A stretch of 64,000 bases of DNA from positions 1,119,095 through 1,183,094 of the forward strand of contig JAAOMT010000571.1 in NCBI GenBank assembly GCA_016748015.1. The letters are read 5' to 3'. A program made the translations under genes and the position numbers. The notes beneath the pieces were generated by a model that was not told the origin of the DNA, did not search any database, and saw only the letters and a program-made list of their open reading frames with translations. Below are positions 36,298 through 50,399 of this stretch, piece by piece; within the stretch, counting starts at the first letter, position 1; each line of letters starts with the position of its first letter. This DNA is from Geosiphon pyriformis uo1. Its lineage: Eukaryota; Fungi; Glomeromycota.

Positions 36298-39200
36298 GTG
36301 GCAGAATCAGAAATTATAGGAGCAAACCATTTAGGATTCACAAAATCCTTATTTCAATACTATTGTCAATACTTGAGATTAAACCACAATCATATATCCG
36401 CCGAATCAGCCTTCAATTTCTATGTCAATGAAAAGATTTCCTCTTTATTAGAAACACCAGTGAATACTGAATCAGCAAGAGAAACTTTCTATAAGGAATT
36501 AATTCAAAACACCAACCTATCAACAAATCATAATTTTGCATCCATTATCACTAAGATCAACAAAAAAATTGAACATCACACTCAACAAAGATATCCAATT
36601 ACATACACTAGTAAAAGCAAGGGAAAATTACAAACACCAACAGTAACACCCAGAAAAATACAGCCACCTGCTTGGAAGAAAAACAGAATTGAATCTCTAA
36701 GCAACCCATCCTACCACTATACACCTGGAAGTGCCATCAACATATCATCAACCAATGCGTTTTCATCAACTATGACATCAGCATTTGGATGATTCTCATT
36801 CCATAGTAGACAAAGGAAAACAGAATTGTTAGAACCATACAGCGAATACTTTGAGGGATTTAATTTGCAATCATTAACCCCATCAGGACTTTGATCACCA
36901 CTGCCTCTACCAGATTTCGGAATCTCTGATCTGTGGGAAGCAGCAAAATCAGAAAAGGAGAAAGAAGAATCAGAGGATCAAGAATTCACTTACCAGCATC
37001 CGATCACTGAAAACCCAGAAGTTGAAACCCCGAACATTCAAACTCAGCAACAGTTAGAAAATCTGGAAATCGAAACTCCGAATATTCGAACGCTGCCAAA
37101 TCAAAGAAATCAAAACCCCGAATTAATTAATCAGCAAAACTTACCTCCAGTAATTGTCATCAATCAACCACCAATTAATTCCATAGCCGAACCCATACAG
37201 CAGCCACTTTAGCTACCACCCCAACTGCCAGGACAACAACAACTGCTTCAACAGTCACCACAACCACCTAACTTAGATCCAATGGCCTACACACCAATCG
37301 TAAAACTTGACAACTTTACAGGTGAAGAAAATGATGCTCAAATATGGCTGAATGATGTAGAAAAGACCATTACAGCCAATGGATGGAATGATACTCAAGC
37401 AATGCAAGCCATTCTTTACTTTCTCAAGAATACCACCAATTCGTGGTACCAGAGCTTGATTAATAAACCACAAGATTTTAATGCCTTCAAAGCAGAATTC
37501 CTAAGATACTTCAGCAACAATAACAGCATCAATCACCTAGTCAATGCATTTACCACCATGAAACAAGGAGAAACTGAAGCAGTCACCACTTACCTGAGAC
37601 ACTTCCATTGAAACCTACGCCAAATTCAAGCAATTGATGCCAACTATTTTACAGCACTACAGATACTCAATCAGTTTATCTATGGCCTGTGCAGCAGCAT
37701 CTTGCAACATGTATGTCCATTGCATCCAGGCACCCTTCAAGATGCAGTCACACACACCAGAGATTTTGAATCTGTTGAGTCAGAGGCTAACCACACCCAA
37801 GCTGTTAATCTAGTAATGAACGGATCATCTGAATTGGATTCCAAATTGGAAAAGTTCAGTGAATCAATCAATAAGAGATTGGAAGGATACTTAGCTGACA
37901 ATCATGCCATTTATTAGCCTTCACAATGACACAATAATCAAGGAAACTCTAATCGTGCCCAAAATCAACCACGTCTATCTTCATTAACCAATCAACAGTG
38001 GCAACAGGAAATGCGTATCTGCCACTATTGTGGTAAACAAGGACATATTCAAATTGACTGTTGCCAGCATTTAAATAACCAACGATCAGAAAATCTATAT
38101 CAAAACCCCAATTGCCAGTTCCAAACTCCGAATCAGTACCCAAATCAAAACCCACCTGCTTATCAACCAGTGACACAGTCATCAGTCTATCAGTCTTCAG
38201 TGTATCAAGCTCCAATCTATCAACCACAGCCACAAGTGATTTATCAACAACTGCAGCCACAAATAATCTATCAACCCCAACAGATTCAAACACCACCCTA
38301 AAGCTTACCATCCAATAGAACCCAAAGACTGAGAATGACTTAACAAAGCTGGAGATCAGTGATGGTAGTCCATCAACCAATCCCCAGTTTTTCACAGCAA
38401 TCATCTGGATTACGCCAGTGGAATTTGGGTACCAGTCAACCCCAGAACCCAAATTCCCAGAACTATTTAAGTCTCCTGGTCACCCCAGAAGATGCTTCAA
38501 CCAATAACCCAGCATTTGCCCAAAAACAACCACTCACCAGTAATATCCCATCTGCTACCATCACTGAAGACAAATCCTTGGCTGTATCTTCCCATTCGAA
38601 TTTGAGAAAACAGCTACAATGCCATTATTTAGTGGAGCCGCTCTTGAAGCCAAACCAATCACCACGATATACACTGATGCCAAAGTCAAAAAACAATCCA
38701 TCAAATTGATCCTAGACAGCAGTTCTACAGGCAGCATCATCACATGACAACTCATGGATCAATTAGGTTGCCGAGTTGATCGAGCTGCCAGTGCCAGAAT
38801 CATCACAGCCGATGCCAAAACTCCAATCGGCAAAATCAATGACTTTCTTTTTGAAGTCAATGGCATCGTAACTTCCATTAAAGTTCTAGTGATGGAAGCC
38901 ACTCAATACCAAGCTCTTGTTAGTAATGACTGGCTATCCAAAGTCAATGTAACGTTAAACTGGAACATCCAGGAACTCCAGCTAACATATCAGGGCCAAC
39001 ACATATGTGTCCCGGCCACGTGTAGCCACTTCAAAATTTCTTCAAGAGAGAAACTATTGATCAAACTGGAGAAGGAGAAAGAAAAGCCTACCAAGTGTCG
39101 TGGATGAACGAAGAGCACAATGAACTACTGCCAATACTCTCCTGGGATGACAACAACAAGGGAAAAGAGAAACAAAAAGAAGAACTTATCTGGGAAACTG

Positions 39201-42200
39201 ATGACCTAACATGGACTGACAATGATAAAAGCGAACTGACTTCAAGCTGGGAATGGAAAGAAGACAAAGAAAATAAAGGAAAAGGGAAAGAAGAAGAGAC
39301 CACTTAAACCATCACCGCTTATATCACCTACACTATACCACAACAATCTACCTATTGTCGACCTAAGCTTATATGCATTGATTGTGGCAAGAAATTGTCG
39401 TCAATAGGCACATGCTGTGGGGACAATGAAGAATATTCAATAGCAACTAGGTTCTATTGCCACCCATGCATCCTTGAATGCTTTGGAAGACCAAAACAAG
39501 TAGGAAAATGGGACAATCAGCCATGCTTAGCTTGTGGAGAGACTCTCTTAGACAAAGGAATGTGGTATAACATTTCTGGACGTGGAGGAACATGTGACAT
39601 AGAGTGTTAATACACAATTCTGATTAGCAACTGGGTTAAAAAAGGGACACCAATCAAAGCCACTTGGCAAAAAGCAGTGCAACAATTAGACAGTTGTCCA
39701 CATGACAATGACAAAATTTGAAAAATGGCAACCACCAAAATTGAAGGTGCGTTGCCAGAAGAAATCTGGACAATTAAAAACAACCCACCAGAACCCATCG
39801 AGCTTGACTGGGATGCAGAGCCAGTCATAAATTTTCTGGAACCAGAAGAGTTCCATGAACACTACCAAAACTTGGCACCTATTAGAAAAGAGCAAGAACA
39901 ACAGCTAGCACAGTTAAATACAAGACTGTGTTGCCATTGTTTAATTCCCAGTGACTTTGAATATTGTGACGATTGTGACCTCATTTACAATCCACTATTA
40001 CGCATGATCTACTTGATCCCTGAAGAAGAAGAACCAATCAGCAGATGTGCATCGGAATCAGAATCGCTGATCAATCGCGATCCAGACTCCGATGATGATG
40101 ACAAAAACACCGATTCCAGTTCCGTTTAAAATGACAATAATGACAAAAACAATTCAGACTCAGATTCAAACCCCAATTTAAACTATGAACAATACATTGC
40201 ACTACCAAATCTCTCCAAGGAACAAGAGTTGAAATGATATAATGACAATGAAGAAGGTATTATGCCAGAACATGCGCATAATACTGATGTAGGGTTTGAT
40301 CTGAGGTATCTAAGAAAAAAGGCTATCAAATTGAAGCCACATTTACACATCTGTATTGATCTGAAAATAGCACTAGAGATTCCGGCAACAATCATGGTTC
40401 AATTAGCATCTAGGAGTAGTTTAGTGAAAAGAGGAATCAATATAAGAGGAGGAATAATTGACATGAAATATGTAGGAAATATCATTGCCATCCTACAAAA
40501 TAACTCAGAAAAGACCTATATAATAGAGCTCAACAAAAAGATAGCACAGGCAATATTCCTGTCTCTGGTTAAAGTAGCTCAGTTAGTATCAGTAGGAAAA
40601 AGGAAGGAATTAGGAATAACAGTAAGAAGAATACAGAGATTTGGATCAACAGGTAGAATAGATGTGCCAGTCAATATAGCAGAAGAAGAAATTGTTGGCC
40701 AAGGAGAAATTATCTCAACTGGTCAAACAATTTCCATTCCACTATATAGCCAGTACATGTTAGCAATAGAAAGGAAGGAAAAAAAGCAAGAACAGATTTT
40801 TGAAGCAGAAGCAAACTTTTGTGAATCAGGAGAGATTGGGTTGATCAATCTCTACATACCAGCCAAAAGCTATAGCAGCATAAAAATTCCCATCTACAAC
40901 AACACTGGCAATGTCATTAACATACCAGAAGGAACCACCATTGGATATTTAACCACAAAAATAGAAGACCAATCACCAAACCCCATTCCAGACTTTCCAC
41001 AACTTTGTGGATATGTTGACATTACATTACAAACAATCTATGGATGAGACAAATGTTATTTGCTCCAACCAGAACAATTGGAACAAATAAACATGGGAAA
41101 CTTAGATCCACTTCAATGTATGCAGCTCAAGATATTACTCAACAATTTCAATGACATCTTTGCCAGTGAAAATAAGTTTGGCCAAACTGACATCATCCAG
41201 CATCAGATCAAGACTGGAGATACAATGCCAATCAAACAAAGAGCATACAGAGTGCCACCAGCCAGCCACGAGATCATTCGTCAAGAGATAAACAGAATGC
41301 TTGACAACGGGCTAATTCAACCATCAATGAGTCCATGGTCGTCACCAGTGGTACTTGTCTGTAAGAAAAATGAAAAAATCCAGTTTTGTGTAGACTACAA
41401 GAAACTCAATGGTGTAACTTATGGAGACAGTTATCCAACTCCATGAATACAGGAATTATTCAATGCTTTTGGTGGGAACAAATGGTTCTCTATATTAGAT
41501 TTGGACAGTGGTTACTGGCAAGTAGCCATAAATCCAGCTGACAAAGAAAAAACGGCATTTACTACTAGAGAAGAGAATTTTGAATTTGAAGTAATGCCAT
41601 TTGGCTTAACCAATTCCCCAACAACTTTCCAATGATTAATGGAAATTGTTTATACTGGCTTATTGTGGAAATCAGTAGTTGTATATTTGGACAACACCAA
41701 TGTATTCTCAAAGATGTTTGACAATCATCTTCATCATCTTCAAAAAGTGTTCGAAAGACTAAGAAGAGCAGAACTAAGGTTAAATGTGACAAAGTGCTTC
41801 TTTGGCAAGACAGAACTCAAATTCTTGGGACACATAGTCAGTAAAGACAGCATCAAAACAGATCCAGAGAAAATAGAGATAGTAAAGAACTTTCTAGTGC
41901 CGACCAATATAACAGAACTGAAATTATTCTTGAGATTTGCCAGCTACTATTATTGTTTTATCAAGAACTTTTCTAAGATAGCGCAGCCACTCAATCAACT
42001 GCAAAACAAAAATGTGAAATATGAATGGACAGAAAGTCAACAAGAAGCTTTTAATATTCTGAAGAAAAAGCTCATCTAAGCTCCAGTACTGATCTATTCA
42101 GATTACAGCAAACTATTCATTATCACCACTAATGCATCTAGCCAAGCATTGGGAGCAGTATTATCTTAGAGAGGACCGGATGGCAGAGAACATCCAGTAG

Positions 42201-43933
42201 CATATGCCAGCAAAGGTTTAACACTAGCCGAAAAGAACTATGGAACACCGGAACAAGAACACTTAGTAATATACTGGACCATCATGAAATGGAAAGAATA
42301 CTTGAGTCAGAAGTTTGAAGTATACACAGATTACAAGGGATTAACATTACTCCAAAAACAAGAATTTGGAGATGGAAGACAGTCAAGATGAAAAATGGCA
42401 CTCGCACCATACAATTATACTATACATTACAAAAAAAGAAAAGATAACAGAAATGCTGACAGTTTATTGTGAATAAGACAAATCTAAGAACATTTCAACC
42501 CAAAAATATAATAAAACCAGAACAATACCAATGGAAAAATACAACAAAAGATGAACATACAAAAATATCAACAATTGCAACATTATCTAAACACTCAACA
42601 GTTCAAGGAGAATTTATCTCAAATGGAACGAAGGAGTATCAAACAACAATTAAAATATTTTATCACTCATCAAAATATACTTTATCAGAAAAATAGAAGG
42701 GATCCAGATCAACCAACCAGAGTAATTATGGAACCAGAAAAAGAGACAATATTATTCAACATGCACTTAAATCCAACAGCAGAACATTTTCACAAAGAAG
42801 CAACCATGAAAAGAACCAGAAAGAGATACTATTGGCCATCAATGTACTCAAACATTATTCAATATGTTCAAAATTGTGATGCTTGTCAGTGAAGAGGAGG
42901 AACAAAACCCAGTGAACCATTAAGACCAATTAAAGTGAAACAACCATTTGACCATATAGGAATTGATTTAATCAGACCATTAACAATCACCAGCAAAGGA
43001 AACAGATACATAGCAGTAGCTATAGACTATCTCACTAAATGGCCAGAGGTGAAAGCAATTCAAAGAGCAGATGCAGAATCTATTGCTGAATTCGTTCATC
43101 AGGATTTGATTTGTCGACATAGATGTCCAAAAGAATTATTATCAGACCAAAGAATTCATTTTGTGAACAGAACATTAACAGAATTGAGCCAAAGATTCGG
43201 AATCAAGAGACTATTATCATCACCATACCATCCACAAACCAATGGATTAGTAGAAAGATTCAACAGAACATTGTGTGAAGCAATAGCCAAGCTCAGCCAA
43301 GAAAACCAGAACAATTGAGATTTGTTCATACCATCAGTACTATTTGCTTATCAGACAATAAAACAAGATACTACACAAGCAAAACCATTTAAATTAGTAT
43401 ATGGGAGAATAGCAATATTACCGATAGAGAGAGAAATTAATACATATCCAGTTGAACCAATAACAGAAGAAAATTTTCAAGAAACATTGCTGAGAAGAAC
43501 ATATGACTTAATGGAAACATTGGAAAACAAACGAAGAAGAGCAGCTGATAATATTCAAAAGTCACAAGAAACACAGAAAGAAAGACACAATAGTTAACTA
43601 CCAGACAAACCAGTTGAATTCAAGATCAGAGACAAAGTATTACTACATCATACCAAAGCGGAAAAACAATGGAGTGGAAAATTTGACCCCAAATGGGATG
43701 GACCATTTCACATTGAAGAAATTCTAGGAAATGGAGCTTACAAATTAAGATTGGATAACAAAATTTTAACCAAAGCAGCACATGGAGATCGACTGAAACT
43801 ATATCACAACATCACACTACTATCTACCAGTAATATTCCACAATTAGAAGTATAGAGAATACTAATCCAACCAGATGAAATTCCACAAGATCTGGAACCA
43901 ATCATTATTATCGACAACAACATGTTAAATTGA
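36298..43933 (+). pseudogene. Element B gag-pol polyprotein pseudogene (Gag-CCHC-PR-Cys-rich-dUTPase-RT-RNaseH-IN)
   Basis: One frame broken by two indels (~38583, ~39088) and many stops. Motifs: CHYCGKQGHIQIDC, LILDSSS, VGFDL/SRSS/FGSTG, YLDN, HIGIDL, NGLVERFN, KWDGPF. Confidence 0.93.
40262..40656 (+). pseudogene. dUTPase domain in element B pol
   Basis: VGFDL, SRSSL, GGIID.KY.GNI, KIAQAIF, R.FGSTG. Confidence 0.9.
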
Positions 43934-43987
43934 TCCATCAAAAGAATATATAAAGACATGATAGATGTAACAGGAAATATCAGAAAA

Positions 43988-44606
43988 ATGGAAATTACAG
44001 ACAACATTCACTTACTAGCACAACAACTCTTTCAATTAATCCAACATCAGGAAATGGAGATTACAATCAATCAACAAACCATTTGATATCAAGATACTAG
44101 AAAGACATTTCAACTCAGAACACAGAAGAAAACTGAAAATACTGTGGACAAAATCATGGCGAAAGTAAAATTAGCAATAAAAAAATCGACAAAAGAGTCA
44201 CTATATTAAGAGTTGACTAAAGAAACTTGGAATTGGTGGATACAACAATTTCCACAAAACTATTGTTATTTTTACTTGGGACAACCAGAATTTATATATG
44301 GATAAAACAAAGTGATTATTCGACAAAAGAATACTACAACAATTAGAACATTTTGTAGGAAAAAACAACTTATCCACACAAGCCCAAGCCATATACCGAA
44401 TACACACAGCATTTCAAGATAAACCAAAAATATTGCTCAACAGAGCAATAAATATGGTTACCAGTAATCAATTGGGAAAAATCACCAATGCTCAATTTGA
44501 AGAATTACAGACCCAAATAACACAAGTTATTCTCGAAAACGAAATCCAGAAAATACTTTAAGAGGGGGAATTACATAAGTTAGATTTTGATGGAGCTCAA
44601 TATTAA
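43988..44606 (+). pseudogene. Element B extra 3' ORF (ORF3), unknown function
   Basis: My translation: MEITDNIHLLAQQLFQLIQ...YCYFYLGQ...AIYRIHTAF...QLGKITNAQFEEL...LDFDGAQY*. It has stops and one frameshift and is homologous to A ORF3. Confidence 0.72.
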
Positions 44607-44619
44607 AAGGAGGGAATAA

Positions 44620-45486
44620 TGTTACTCATAGAAATATAGAAAATATATTAGCATAATTATTAGCCAATCAGAAGTAAGTGTAGTAAATGTGGAATTCCAG
44701 GATTTCTCTCAGGAATTGCAGGATTCCAGAAATTTCAGAATTCCCCGACAAGGAATTGCAGGATTCCAGAATTCCAGGATTCCTCTCAAAGAAATCACAG
44801 GATTCCAGGAATTCCAGGATTCCTGTTATGAAGAATCGAGGAATTGAGGATTCCCAATTATGTATATATAGCAGTAGTATTAGAAATAGAAAAAACAGAA
44901 TCGATACCACAAAATTTTTAGCCAAGAAACAAAATCATCAAATAAATAATTATTCCATATCTCAATTCACTCTTCACTATCAACACTTCATGTTGATAGT
45001 AATTGATACTTAACCACGCTGGAACAATAGCTCTTGATCACGGCTATTGACGAGATACTAACGTACCAAATTGTCTTGGCTCATTTTCTCTATTTTCTTT
45101 ATTTTTCTTTATTTTATTTTCTTTCTTTCTTTGATTTTGTTGTTGTATACTAATTGATTAAAAGATTAAGCACTGAGTTATTGACATCAAGGATAGCTTG
45201 GTAAAAGATCCAGAAATCAGGGTAAGATTTATATATTATCAGATAGCTTATCAGAAGGGCATGACTGCCAGACTAAATCCGGCCATTACACTGAGAAAGA
45301 AATTGGGAAAACTCTTTGAAAGATACACCTACTATTGACACTATTGAATCTCTGTCTATTATACAAAGAACTCCATCAAAACCTTCAGATACAACACTTG
45401 CAGAACCTCATTCACAGAAGTAGCTTTTGAGCACCAAGTTATGGGTTTGTTATTTAATTTAACAGCAGAAATAATCACCTATAACA
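44620..45486 (+). repeat. Element B 3' LTR (867 bp)
   Basis: Direct repeat of the 5' LTR with a longer U3 tandem array. Confidence 0.95.
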
Positions 45487-47494
45487 CCATACAATCAGTC
45501 AAACCAGTATTATTAAGAGAGTCGGAAGCCACCACCAAAGGCTTTGCACTCAAAGTTGAACCAGCACCAGAAGGAACTGATGAGAACACATGAGAAGATA
45601 AGCCACTAGCAACTTGTACTCAAGTTTTCCCACCAAAAGATACTGGATAGGCAACTGGAGCCTGTTTTTTCTTATAAATATTAGCCAAACAAATCTGATC
45701 TTAAGAAGATACCACTCACCTATGACGAACTCCAGAATTTCTACCAACCAAACACATATTAAAAATATGACCAAAACACTTACATTTGGCACAATAAGCC
45801 AAAGAAAGATTAGCCCAATGCAAATTCACACCTTTATAAACAGAAACAGAACCAATAGCAGCCAATTTGAATGTCTCATCAGCAAAACACACAATCACAC
45901 ATCTATTACGCATGTAAGAGCTGAGATTACAGCCAATAAAACAAGTCTTTCTATCATAAGAGTTTACTAAATTTGACAAATCATGAACAATGATGCTAAT
46001 TGAAAGTGTGTACAACAAAGCCTGATGACAATCTCTGGCCATTCATGAATCTTTGTTATTTAACGCCAATGCCACATGAACAGAATCTTTATTCACAAAA
46101 ACTGACCATTTGGAAACAACCAAGTTAACCACATCTGATGACTCAAATTCCACTAAAGCTTTTTGCCAAAGCCTAATTAGTTGTATTCTAATTGAGATCA
46201 CATGACCAAACTTAGAAAAAACTGACTCAATCACCAATCTGGAAAGATCCACTAGGATCTTTTTGACTATCAGTTTCCAATCTGAATGAATGTTTGGTTT
46301 CCTAACATCAATATTTACCAGAATTTTTTCACTGACCGCCAATTCCTTGGCCTTAATTAAACTCAACTCGGAAGTAAAAAAAGATCTAATGATGTCTAGG
46401 AACTTCGAAAGAGCAGATACATCCCCAAAACCATCGACTTGATAGAATATTTTTTTCATAGCAATCAACTTGTTACCAATAGTTTTGCCAGGCAAGACAG
46501 AAATTCCAATATCCAATGCAAAAGATTTAACAGGATTAAAAATGCATTTTTCTGATGCATATGACCCGATAGATTGTAATTTTTTGGAGCCTGCAAACTT
46601 AGAAGATGGAAAAGCCATTATATCATCATTATCACTCAAAACATCAAATGAAGGAGTCTTTAGAGGTTTACCTAACACATATGTGTAAGTGCATGTTTTC
46701 TTGGGAGTTGTGTCATCTTTCATATTATCGACCACAAAAACGTCTGAGTCAGCATAACTAGTTCCCTCAATGATGGTATTTTTCAGATTCTCTAAGTCTG
46801 ACAGGCCACTCATGCTACTCACCTCACTTTCCATTTTGCTGTCCCAAGATCTTGAAAACTTACTGTTAGTATTACCAATATCGGCCAGGCTTAGTAAGCC
46901 AGCAGACAAATCTACTACTCTGACATCAACTTTGAGATTCCTAGGCTTTTTGTAAGACACACTATGAAAGTATACACTATTAACCCTCTTTTTTTTTACA
47001 TCAGGCTGGGTCTTCAAACCAGCAGAAGTAGAACCAGAACTACCAGCAACAGGACTTGCCAGTTCTATGTCCACGAATAAAGGTATGTCTGAAGAAATAG
47101 TTGAAAATATAAAGGGAAAAAGAAGTAAAAAAAAACTTTTTCTTTGGTAATATCTTGCTTTCATTGTGACATTAATTATTAAATATTTTGTTAAATTTTT
47201 AAATATTATATAATTTAAAATATTGTATAATTTAATTATTATTTAATTATATTTATATATTGTACAAATTAAGTTATTAATTAAATATTAATATTTAATA
47301 ATTTTATTAAATAATAAGTAATAAATTAAAATAATAATATATATTAATTAATAATAAAAATTATAAAAATAATTTTATGCTAATTAATAATTTAATTTTT
47401 TGTTAATAATATTACCAAAAACTTAATAATTTTAAGAATAAAAAAACAAATAAAACTAATAAGTTTAATTTAAATTATAATTTTTAAAAAAACT

Positions 47495-49800
47495 AATAAA
47501 AACTGCATACAAAAAAAAAACTTTTTGTCTCCTTAATTTTATGATCACGACCAGAGCAAAGAGTAAAAAGACTGCACCTGATATCTGTCTTAAAATATCT
47601 AATAAAATTTCAACCAGAGAAGTTCTTTCTGTTATAGAAGCAACTAGGCAAAACGTTTTAGAAGCCTTTCCCTTACTCAGTAATCGTAAAAAGCTGCTTT
47701 TAGTAGTCACTGAATCAACTTCCTCATTTTTGGCTGGTTTTTCACCAATCAAAGTTCCTTCAAAGAGACACACTTGGGTTAGTCCCAGTGTTGCCTCCAC
47801 CCCGACTAAGAGCCCAAAAGTTTTTAATAATAGACCAGTAAATAAGCTGGTCTTCCTCTCTATAGACTTAACACCTGGTGTTTCTGGCACCACCTTTTCA
47901 AAAAAAATGGTCAAAAAAACCAAAAGTTCAGAAAAGTGGGGGCAGTTGCTTGCCTCTGTTATTGTTACACTGAACTCCTTTGTGGTTCCCAATGAGATCT
48001 TAGATGAGATCTCAGTAGCATTATCTGGCACATCATTCAAGATGGGCCAAGATCAACCACTGGCTATATTGCCAAATATGATGTTTTCCAGTAAATCATC
48101 GCTGGTTTTAGAAGCAAAACAATCTCCTTCTATTGGGTCACCTGTTCTTGGGAACTGGGCTGATCAAATGGAAACTGATTTATCTTCTCCTCTAGTTTCT
48201 GGTGCTACTTCTGGTGGTGCTTGGGAAACTATTACTAGTTGTCAAAGGTTTGCTGGGTGGGTGGCCTCCACTCTGGTGTTTGGTGCTACTTTTAAGATCA
48301 AATTGGCTCATGTTAAGACTGTTTTTCAGTCTGTGCATGGTTTCTTGGGTGCTAAATCTGTTTCAAAAGACAATGTGAAGCTTTTTTGTATGGAGTTTGC
48401 TTCTCAACAGTCTTTGGAAGCTGCATTTCTGGTTGAGCTTACAAGCTCTGTTCATTTGGCCACTCTCAAAATTGCCAAGTCTTTGGTGGTTTCTGAATTT
48501 GGTTCCTTTTCTGCTGCTGTTGTGCTGCATGATATACCTTTGGGTGTGTCTGCTGCTGACATTAAGTTGGTTTTCAGTGTGTTTGGTAGTGTCACTTGTG
48601 TTGTGCTGAAGCCTGCTGGCATTTGGCAGTATGTGGTGGTTTATTTTGAAAAGTTGGACTCTGCTGTGTCTGCCTTGAAGCATTGGTCAGTCTTGGTGGG
48701 CAAGGATAGTATTAAAATCCTCCCTCTGGTGAATCAAAATGAGACTATTTTGTCTCATGATAAGTTTAAGGCCAAATTGGTCAACCTTCCCCCTGGCTGT
48801 ACTGCCTTTGAAATCAGTGATATAATTTCTCAGATTGGTGGTCGAACATGTTTCATCTCTCATTCTTCTGATTCTGGTTGTTGTTCCCAGTTTGCTTTGG
48901 TTACATTTGACTCTCAAGGCAATTTGGATTCTGCTGTAGTCAAGATTAGTACTCTAAGGAAATGCCATATCTGGTGGGAAACTCCTGGCTGCCAGCGCTG
49001 CTTTAGATGTCAAGAAATGGGCCATCTGGCTGCGGATTGCAAGATTTCTCCACCTTCCACTCTCAAGGTTCCCAAGGTTTTCAAGTCTCATTTTGTGGGT
49101 TCTGCTTCATATGCCAAGACTGCTGCTCCTTCTGGTCTTTCTGAGTTTCCTCCTTTAGTGGCTTTTTCAGCTGCTTCAGCTGCTGATCCTGTTGTTAGTT
49201 CTAGGTTGGACTCTTTGGAAAAGCAGATTTCGGATCTGGCTGCTCTGGTTAAGTCTATTGTTGAGCCTGTTAGTTTTTTGGTTGCTTTGGTGTTTCGTCT
49301 TCTTGATGATAATGTCATTAAGGCTGTTTAGGTCGAGAAAGATATCATTTCTATAAAGAGTGCTGCTAACAATTTTTCTAACCTCATGGTTGGAGTTTCC
49401 AAGAACATTGCTTGTCTTAGATCTGAGGTTGACTTTGGTGATATGAATTATGATGGTGTTCTGACTGCTAAGCCTTCTTTTTTGAGTGAGAACACTATTG
49501 AGCATATTATTGCTTTGTGGCAAATGTCTGGTGCTGAAACCAGGGGCAATATTGAGTTTACTAAATTGTTTTTTAGTAAGTTTATTTTTGACTCTAGGAA
49601 TCTGAATGGTATCATTGAGAGAATTCATGGGTTGGGGTTATTCTTATCTATTTTTGATTTAGTGTAGTAAGTTTTTGATTAGATCAAGTGTTTGATTACA
49701 TGTAGAAAACGCATGATTTATGCCTATAATGTAATCCCTTCTGTGATATCATAGTTTAGGTAGTATTTGGGTCTTGCTTGTTAAAATATAATAAAAAAAA
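47495..49800 (+). mobile_element. ORF1-only non-autonomous retroposon (HAL1-like), copy H2, best preserved
   Basis: ORF 47541-49667 has only one internal TAG, followed by a LINE-type 3' UTR and poly(A). TSD AAAAAAACT at 47486-47494 and 49801-49809. Confidence 0.9.
47541..49667 (+). pseudogene. ~708-aa ORF1-like protein (RRM-like domains, CCHC knuckle CFRCQEMGHLAADC, coiled coil); one premature stop at 49329-49331
   Basis: ORFs 47541-49331 and 49386-49667 are in frame. The RRM-like segment is homologous to LINE ORF1. Confidence 0.85.
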
Positions 49801-50399
49801 AAAAAAACTTGAAAAACAAACTTTATATAAAATAGTTTTATATTGTTTTTAAACATTTACTTTATATTAATAAAATATGTACAAACTAAAAACAGTTTTA
49901 ATATAAGCCAATTTAATTTAAAAAAACATTAAATATTAGATAATTTTTAAGTATTACCAAAAATAGTATTACCAAAAAACAAAAAAAAAACTGACTTAGT
50001 TTTCATCTAATCAATTAAATTTTTAAAATAGGTAATTTAATAAGTTAATTAATTAAAAACACATATAAAAACATGAATTATTTTGTTTTTATTGATTTTT
50101 TTTTTTGTATTTTAATTAATTTTTTTTATTAAATTACATGTATTAATTATTATTGTTTTTAAATTAGTATTTTTTAAATTAATTTTACTTAAAAAAACTA
50201 TATTTAGTTTTATCAAACTTGAAAATTGTCTTAATATTGAAATGTGTTTTTTTTTTCTGTTTAGTAATCTTATATACAAATAATCAAGCTATTATAAATA
50301 CATGTATATTGAAACTTGAGTTTTTTTATCTAATTTTTAAAACAAATATTAGATAGAAAGATATTATATAGCTAATTTAATAAAATTAAAGAATATTTC

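Larger units (their letters stand above)
35442..45486 (+). mobile_element. Full-length Ty3/Gypsy LTR retrotransposon, family B (dUTPase-bearing)
   Basis: LTRs 35442-36235 and 44620-45486 (TGTTAC...(G/A)TAACA); TSD CCAT at 35438-35441 and 45487-45490; PBS 36238-36254; PPT AAAAGGAGGGAA from 44605. Confidence 0.96.
35058..47164 (-). pseudogene. LINE L2 ORF1 pseudogene, split by element B
   Basis: ORFs 46043-47164, 45716-46042 (CAKCKCFGH knuckle) and 35058-35441. The ORF1 stop overlaps the ORF2 start (ATGA). Confidence 0.85.
30241..47173 (-). mobile_element. LINE copy L2 (near full-length), interrupted by Gypsy B
   Basis: Poly(A) 30241-30257; ORF2 30380-35061; ORF1 35058-35441 plus 45487-47164. 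Removing B plus one CCAT restores ...NTGLTDCMAFLECF.... Confidence 0.92.
47200..50050 (-). mobile_element. Ghost ORF1-only retroposon (H5), split by copy H2
   Basis: 47410-47494 and 49810-50045 align consecutively to H1 ~26177-26540, mostly by C>T/G>A changes. Confidence 0.55.

Noticed and set aside
43988-44606. ORF3 as an envelope gene
   Set aside because: No signal peptide, furin site or transmembrane segment; only ~200 aa and hydrophilic.
44668-45013. ORFs 44687-45013, 44668-44925 and the similar 1766-1963 as genes
   Set aside because: They are chance frames across the LTR tandem array and are not conserved between LTR copies.
47174-47182. AATTATTAA as the TSD of LINE L2 (also at 30232-30240)
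   Set aside because: Plausible, but too short and too AT-rich to distinguish from chance; used only as an approximate boundary.
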